NCBI GenBank assembly: GCA_023430045.1
Contig: JAEZCF010000056.1
Span: forward strand, 22,116-86,115
DNA: 64,000 bases
Origin: Pseudomonadota bacterium
GTDB lineage: Bacteria > Pseudomonadota > Gammaproteobacteria > Xanthomonadales > Xanthomonadaceae
Reading direction: 5' to 3'
In this document: piece by piece, positions 59,109 to 64,000 of the stretch
How positions within the stretch are numbered: the first letter of the stretch is position 1
Layout of the letters: every line of letters begins with the position of its first letter
Program-made: the position numbers and the translations under genes
Notes under the pieces: model-generated
Told to the model about the DNA's origin: nothing
The model's database searches: none
The model's input: the letters and a program-made list of their open reading frames with translations, nothing else

Positions 59109-60658
59109 CTGGCGGCGGGGGCTTCTTCCCAGCCCAGGCCCAGGCTCTTCTGCAGCGCTACATAGCGCACCAGCACCTGCAGGCGCGCCTGGGCGAGCCC
59201 GTCCTGGGCATCCAGGCGCTGCCGCTGGACATCCAGCAGGTCGATCTGCGAAGCGGCGCCTGCCTGCCTTCGCTGCGCCATCAGCCCGGCCGCGCGTGAC
59301 GCGGATGCTTCGGCGCGAGCCGTTGCCTGCAGTTGCTGGCGCGACGCGCCGAAGCGCGCCAGCGCCGTGTTGGCATCCTGCAGTGCAGCCAGTACGGTGC
59401 CTTCATACGCGGCCAGTCGGGCCTCGTTGCCGGCACGGGCCTGCGCTACGCGCGCCTTGTTGACGCCGAAATCGAACAGCGACCAGCGCAGGAACGGCGC
59501 CACAGCGGTCGCCGCCGAGTCGCGGCCCAGGTCCGAAAGCGACGTTGCACCAGCGCCGATCGTACCCAGCAGCGTCACCTGCGGAAAATAGGCGGACAAC
59601 GCCTGGCCGATCTGCGCCGACGACGCCGCCAGCTCGCGCTCGGCCTTGCGGATATCCGGCCGGCGGCGGATCAGCGCGCCGGCATCATCCACGGCGACGC
59701 TGGCGGGAAGCGCTGGCAACGGCCTGTCCGCAGCCAGCCGTGCATCCAGTGCACCGGGCTCGCGACCGACCATCAAGGCCAGCACATCACGCGCTTCATC
59801 GGCCTGCGCCTGCAGTGGCGGAACCAGCGCCTGCTGTTGTTCCAGCTGCGCCTGCGCCCGCTCTACCTGCAGGTCCGAATCGGCACCCCGTTCGCGACGC
59901 TGGCGCGACAACGCCAGCGCTTCGCTCGCGGCACGCAGGTTGTCCTCGGCCAGGGCGATGCGTTCGCGCGTGCTGCGATACCCCAGGTAGACCTGGGCCA
60001 GCTCCGCTGCCAGCTGCACCTGCGCGTCGGCCAGTGCGGCCGCGTTGGCATCGGCTTCCGCCGCCGCCTGTTCGGCCGCGCGCCGACGCCGTCCGAACAG
60101 GTCCAGTTCCCAGCTGGCATCGAAGCCGACAACGTACAGTTCCGTGTCCAGGTCGACATCGGCAAACTGCTGGCGCAGCTGTGCCGCTTCCTCTGGCCGG
60201 CCGTTGGCCTCGGCCACCCGCGCGACGTTCTCTCCCAGCCCACGCACGCTGTCGTTGATCGAATCCGGCGCATGGATTCCCGCGTATCCCGCCGCCGCAC
60301 CGACACTCGGCAGCTGTTCGGCGCTGCGCTGGTTCTGCAGCGCGCGCGAGGCCACCACCCTGGCCTGCGCGGCGCGCAGGTTCGGGCTGCTGCGCAGCGC
60401 TTCGTCGATCAACTGGTCCAGCAGCGGATCCTGCAGTGTGCGCCACCACTGGCTGGGCGGAACGGCCTGCACGACGCCAGCCTGCCCGGCGCGTGGCAAC
60501 TGTGCCTGGCCGATGGCGTCCTGCGCGACATCCGGCCGCACGTAGTCCGGACCCAGCATGCAGCCGGACAGCAGCAGCGGCAGCAGGGCCGGCAGCAACC
60601 GGTACGGCGCACGCGGATGGCGCGGCAGAGGGGGAGATGGAGTTCGCTTCCGGGTCAT
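59105..60658 (-). CDS. Outer membrane efflux lipoprotein (NodT/OprM family)
   Basis: Lipobox LSGC, GPDYVRP, WWRTLQDP, ASWELDLFG, LQKSLGLGW. Confidence 0.92.
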   Translation of the reverse strand: MTRKRTPSPPLPRHPRAPYRLLPALLPLLLSGCMLGPDYVRPDVAQDAIGQAQLPRAGQAGVVQAVPPSQWWRTLQDPLLDQLIDEALRSSPNLRAAQARVVASRALQNQRSAEQLPSVGAAAGYAGIHAPDSINDSVRGLGENVARVAEANGRPEEAAQLRQQFADVDLDTELYVVGFDASWELDLFGRRRRAAEQAAAEADANAAALADAQVQLAAELAQVYLGYRSTRERIALAEDNLRAASEALALSRQRRERGADSDLQVERAQAQLEQQQALVPPLQAQADEARDVLALMVGREPGALDARLAADRPLPALPASVAVDDAGALIRRRPDIRKAERELAASSAQIGQALSAYFPQVTLLGTIGAGATSLSDLGRDSAATAVAPFLRWSLFDFGVNKARVAQARAGNEARLAAYEGTVLAALQDANTALARFGASRQQLQATARAEASASRAAGLMAQRRQAGAASQIDLLDVQRQRLDAQDGLAQARLQVLVRYVALQKSLGLGWEEAPAAR

Positions 60659-62205
60659 CAGTGCATCGCCAATGGAACGCCCTTGGGCAAGGGCTTGAGC
60701 AGGAACACCAGCGGCAGTGTCGCCACCACGATCAGGCCGAAGATCCAGAACAGGTCGTTGTAGGCCATCACCATTGCCTGCTGCTGGACCACCTGGCCCA
60801 GCACCGCCATCCCCTGCATGGGATCGCCGAGCTGCTGGCCATACCCCTGCAGGGCATCCTGCGCGACCTGCGAATTGGCGGTGATGCTGCTGCCGATGGA
60901 ATCCACGTGCAGCGTGGTGCGCCGGTCCTGGAACGTGGAAATGATGGCCAGGCCGATGGAACCGCCCAGGTTGCGGGCCGCGTTGAACAGCCCTGATGCG
61001 TCGCTGGTGTATTCGCGCGACACGGAGGTGATGGCCGCCTGGTTCAGTGCCATCATCGCCAGTGCCAGGCCGCAGCCCTGCAGCAGCTGGCCGATGACGA
61101 AGTGCGGGCCGATGCTGTCGGGGGTCAGGCCGAGGTTGACGAAGCACGCGGCGGCGAAGCACAGCATGCCGCCGAACACCATGATGCGCACGTCCACCGT
61201 TTCCAGCATCTTCGGCATCAAGGGCATCAGCACGATGGTCGGCAGGCCGGCCAGCAGCAGTACATAGCCGGCCTGTTCGGTGTTGTAGCCGGCGATGATG
61301 GCCAGGAACTGCGGGATCATGTACATCACCCCGAACAGGATCATGCCGACCGCCATCACCATCACGAACACGGCACCGAAACTTCGCTGGAACAGGATCT
61401 TCAGGCGGATCACCGGTTCCTTGCTGGTGAACTGGGACAGCGCCAGCAACGCGAATCCGGTGACCGACACCAGGCTCAGGATGATGATCAGGGTGGATTC
61501 AAACCAGCGCTCGCGCTGTCCGTCTTCCAGCACCACGGTGAGCGCGGACAGGCCGGCTGTCATGCCGATGATGCCCAGCCAGTCGGCGTGCAGCAGCCCG
61601 CCCCAGTTGGATTTCTCGTGCGGGAGGCCGAGCAGCAACAGCGCCACCAGGCCGGCGCAGATCGGCACGTTGATGAAAAAGGCGTAGTGCCAGCTGACGT
61701 TCTCGGTGAGCCAGCCGCCCAGCAGTGGCCCGATCACCGGCCCGAGGATCACCGTCATGCCGAACAGCGCGGTGCCCAGCGGCTGCTGTTTCGGCGGCAG
61801 CCGGGTACCGACGATGGTGAGCGCGGTGGGAATGAGCGCACCGCCGGCAAAGCCCTGCCCGATGCGGCCGACGATCATCATCATCAGCGTATCGGCGAAG
61901 CCGCACATCACCGAAAAAGCCGTGAACAACGTGGCGCATATCAGCAGGAAGGTGCGCAGCCCCAGCGTGCGCACGAACCAGCCGGTCAGTGGAATCATGA
62001 CGATTTCCGATACCAGGAACGCAGTGGATATCCACGTACCTTCCGTGCCGCTGGCGCCTACTTCGCCCTGGATGGTCGGCAACGCAGCGTTGACGATGGA
62101 AATATCCAGCGTGGCCATGAACGAACCGATGGTGCCCGCGGCCACCGCCAGCCACGCACCCGCATCGGCCTTTTCCGGCGTTGCACTGGCAGCGGTCGCG
62201 CTCAT
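60658..62205 (-). CDS. DHA2-family MFS efflux permease (EmrB-like)
   Basis: FMATLDISIVNAALPTI, GPLLGGWLTE..SWHYAFFINVP, RNLGGSIG. Confidence 0.92.
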   Translation of the reverse strand: MSATAASATPEKADAGAWLAVAAGTIGSFMATLDISIVNAALPTIQGEVGASGTEGTWISTAFLVSEIVMIPLTGWFVRTLGLRTFLLICATLFTAFSVMCGFADTLMMMIVGRIGQGFAGGALIPTALTIVGTRLPPKQQPLGTALFGMTVILGPVIGPLLGGWLTENVSWHYAFFINVPICAGLVALLLLGLPHEKSNWGGLLHADWLGIIGMTAGLSALTVVLEDGQRERWFESTLIIILSLVSVTGFALLALSQFTSKEPVIRLKILFQRSFGAVFVMVMAVGMILFGVMYMIPQFLAIIAGYNTEQAGYVLLLAGLPTIVLMPLMPKMLETVDVRIMVFGGMLCFAAACFVNLGLTPDSIGPHFVIGQLLQGCGLALAMMALNQAAITSVSREYTSDASGLFNAARNLGGSIGLAIISTFQDRRTTLHVDSIGSSITANSQVAQDALQGYGQQLGDPMQGMAVLGQVVQQQAMVMAYNDLFWIFGLIVVATLPLVFLLKPLPKGVPLAMH

Positions 62206-63392
62206 TGACTGCTGCGGGCCTCGGCTTCGTCCTTCGTGCGCTCACGCGCATCCCGGGCGGCGCGCGTGTCCACCGTGACATCCACCGACATGCCCGGCAC
62301 CAGCACCTTGCGCGCCTCCTCGCCGGCGTCCACCTTGATCCGCACCGGCACGCGCTGCACCACCTTGGTGAAGTTGCCGGTGGCATTCTGCGGCGGCAGC
62401 AGCGCGAACTGCGAGCCCGTACCCGGCGAGATGCTTTCCACGGTGCCGTGCAGCTTCACTCCGGGCAGCGCGTCGACCTCGATCTCGGCTGGCTGGCCGG
62501 GACGCATCAGGCCCACCTGGGTTTCCTTGAAATTGGCCGCGATGTAGAGCGATTCAACCGGCACCACGGTCATGGTGCGGGTACCAGCGGCGACGAACTG
62601 TCCGACCTGCACGGTCTTGTTGCCGATGCGCCCATTGATGCGCGCGCGCAGTTCGGTGTCCTCGAAGGCCACTGCCGCCTGCGCGGCATCGGCCTGGGCC
62701 TGCTTCAATCCTGCCTGCGCCTGTTCCAGCTGGGCCTGACTGGCTTCGATCTGACTCTGCGCACCGCTGATCTGCGCCTGCGCGGCATCGTACTGGGCCT
62801 GTGCGCGATCACGCTCATGGCGCAGGCTTTCCACATGTTCGTGGGTATCGGCACCGCTGGCGGCCAGCGGCGTGAAGCGTGCGACTTCGGCGTTGGCGAA
62901 GCGCAGCGAAGCAGCGGCGGATTTCAACTGGGTCCGCGCCTGCACCAGGGTGGATTGCTGGCCCTGCACGCCGGCGGTGGCGGCGGCGATGTCCGCTTCG
63001 CGTACGGCGATCACCGCTTCGGCCTGGTCCAGCGTGGCGCGGTAGGTACGTGGATCGATGCGCAGCAGCGGCTCGCCAGCCTTCACCCACTGGTTGTCAT
63101 CCACCAGCACTTCGGTGACATAGCCGTTGATGCGCGGAGCAACGGCCACCGCATCGGCCTGCAGGTAGGCGTTGTTGGTGTCCTGCATGTAGCGACCGAC
63201 CAGCAGGTGGTACACGAGCCAGATGACCAGCACGGCAAGCACCAGCACGCCGATGATGATCAGCGTCCAGCGTACTTTCGGGTTCTTCAGCGGTGAGGGC
63301 TTGTCCTCGGCCTGGCTTGCGGGGGGTTCCGTGTGCTCATCTTCAGGCGGATCCGGGCGTTCGGCGTCATGCCGGCTGGGCTGTTCGCTCAT
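62202..63392 (-). CDS. EmrA/HlyD-family membrane fusion protein
   Basis: TNNAY, ANFKETQ, PPQNATGNFTKVVQRVPVRI. Confidence 0.93.
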   Translation of the reverse strand: MSEQPSRHDAERPDPPEDEHTEPPASQAEDKPSPLKNPKVRWTLIIIGVLVLAVLVIWLVYHLLVGRYMQDTNNAYLQADAVAVAPRINGYVTEVLVDDNQWVKAGEPLLRIDPRTYRATLDQAEAVIAVREADIAAATAGVQGQQSTLVQARTQLKSAAASLRFANAEVARFTPLAASGADTHEHVESLRHERDRAQAQYDAAQAQISGAQSQIEASQAQLEQAQAGLKQAQADAAQAAVAFEDTELRARINGRIGNKTVQVGQFVAAGTRTMTVVPVESLYIAANFKETQVGLMRPGQPAEIEVDALPGVKLHGTVESISPGTGSQFALLPPQNATGNFTKVVQRVPVRIKVDAGEEARKVLVPGMSVDVTVDTRAARDARERTKDEAEARSSQ

Positions 63393-63535
63393 CGTATCGT
63401 CGAGGCGTCGTTTCGGTGGGAAGCGGACACGCTGGGCGGTCCATACGCAACGGTAGGGGATGCGATGCAGACGAGCCGTGAAGAGTCAAAGTGAGATGTG
63501 CGGAGCCGCCCCGCGTGGCCCGCGACCGTTTCTCT

Positions 63536-63622
63536 GGTGGCCGGCGACCGCCCCTCAGGTGGGTGACGCCCCATGGTGGGTGACGACCGCCCCATGGTGG
63601 GTGACGACCGTTGGTCGTCACG
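63536..63622 (+). repeat. Tandem decayed REP array (21-bp unit CCCCATGGTGGGTGACGACCG) ending in a full palindrome
   Basis: Units at 63569-63589 and 63590-63610, partial copy near 63558, hairpin GTGACGACC-gtt-GGTCGTCAC. Confidence 0.75.
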
Positions 63623-63717
63623 CCTGCGGCCGGGGCAGGGGCCGGATGCACGGAACCGTCGGAGGTCGCCCGGCCGCCCGGCCGCGCGGACAACCGCACA
63701 ACCGGCCACTACCAGGA

Positions 63718-64000
63718 TCAACGGCCGGTCTTGATCTCCGTCCAGAGCCGCGTATAGAGCTTTTCGGTCTCCGGCGTGTTGATCGAATAGGTGAACATCT
63801 TCGCGGCCACGTCGGCCGGCGGGTAGATGGTCGGGTCGCTGCGGATCGCTTCGTCCACCAGCGGCGTCGCATCGCTCACCGGATTGGCGTAATGGATGAA
63901 GTTCGTGTTGGCCGCAGCCACCTTCGGTTCCAGCAGGTAGTTGATGAAGCGGTACGCTTCTTCCGGATGACCGGCATCCTTCGGAATGGCCAGCATGTCG
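63718..64000 (-). CDS. potF: Polyamine ABC transporter substrate-binding protein, C-terminal part
   Basis: DMLAIPKDA, FINYLL, YANP, IYPP, RLWTEIKTGR. Confidence 0.88.
   Translation of the reverse strand, partial: DMLAIPKDAGHPEEAYRFINYLLEPKVAAANTNFIHYANPVSDATPLVDEAIRSDPTIYPPADVAAKMFTYSINTPETEKLYTRLWTEIKTGR

Noticed and set aside
63536..63622. Short direct repeats that might be a CRISPR array
   Set aside because: Units are adjacent with no unique spacers, match the REP at 36687-36713, and no cas genes are present.

Overview
GC-rich gammaproteobacterial chromosome segment, most likely Stenotrophomonas (Xanthomonadaceae), judged from gene content and many GTAG-type REP palindromes. The backbone is housekeeping: msbA(partial)-exbD-exbB-comEC, an OmpR-family two-component pair, tRNA-Val, uvrB, fimT, tRNA-Asn, the type IV minor pilin operon fimU-pilVWX-pilY1-pilE, ppnN, an Oar-like TonB-dependent receptor, grxD, purKE, nadC, sspAB, petABC, miaB-phoH-ybeY-corC, corA, an aldehyde dehydrogenase, and a polyamine ABC operon split by a tripartite MFS efflux pump. 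Two accessory regions stand out. (1) A visibly AT-richer ~10 kb island (about 21.1-31.3 kb), bracketed by near-duplicate terminator sequences, encodes a complete class I lanthipeptide pathway (LanC, a double-glycine precursor with an acidic core of repeated (S/T)xxC motifs, HlyD, C39-peptidase ABC exporter, LanB) followed with no gap by an intact Fic-domain enzyme, a candidate new RiPP tailoring or partner activity. (2) A small cassette downstream of tRNA-Val holds an HtrC/YjaZ-like gene flanked on both sides by predicted structured RNA elements. Also notable: an Fe-SOD homolog lacking three of four metal ligands, a DUF4105/Lnb-like gene in the usual lnt slot, a DnaA-box cluster, and REP sequences recruited into coding DNA. 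All calls come from motif recognition by eye; no database searches or folding programs were run.
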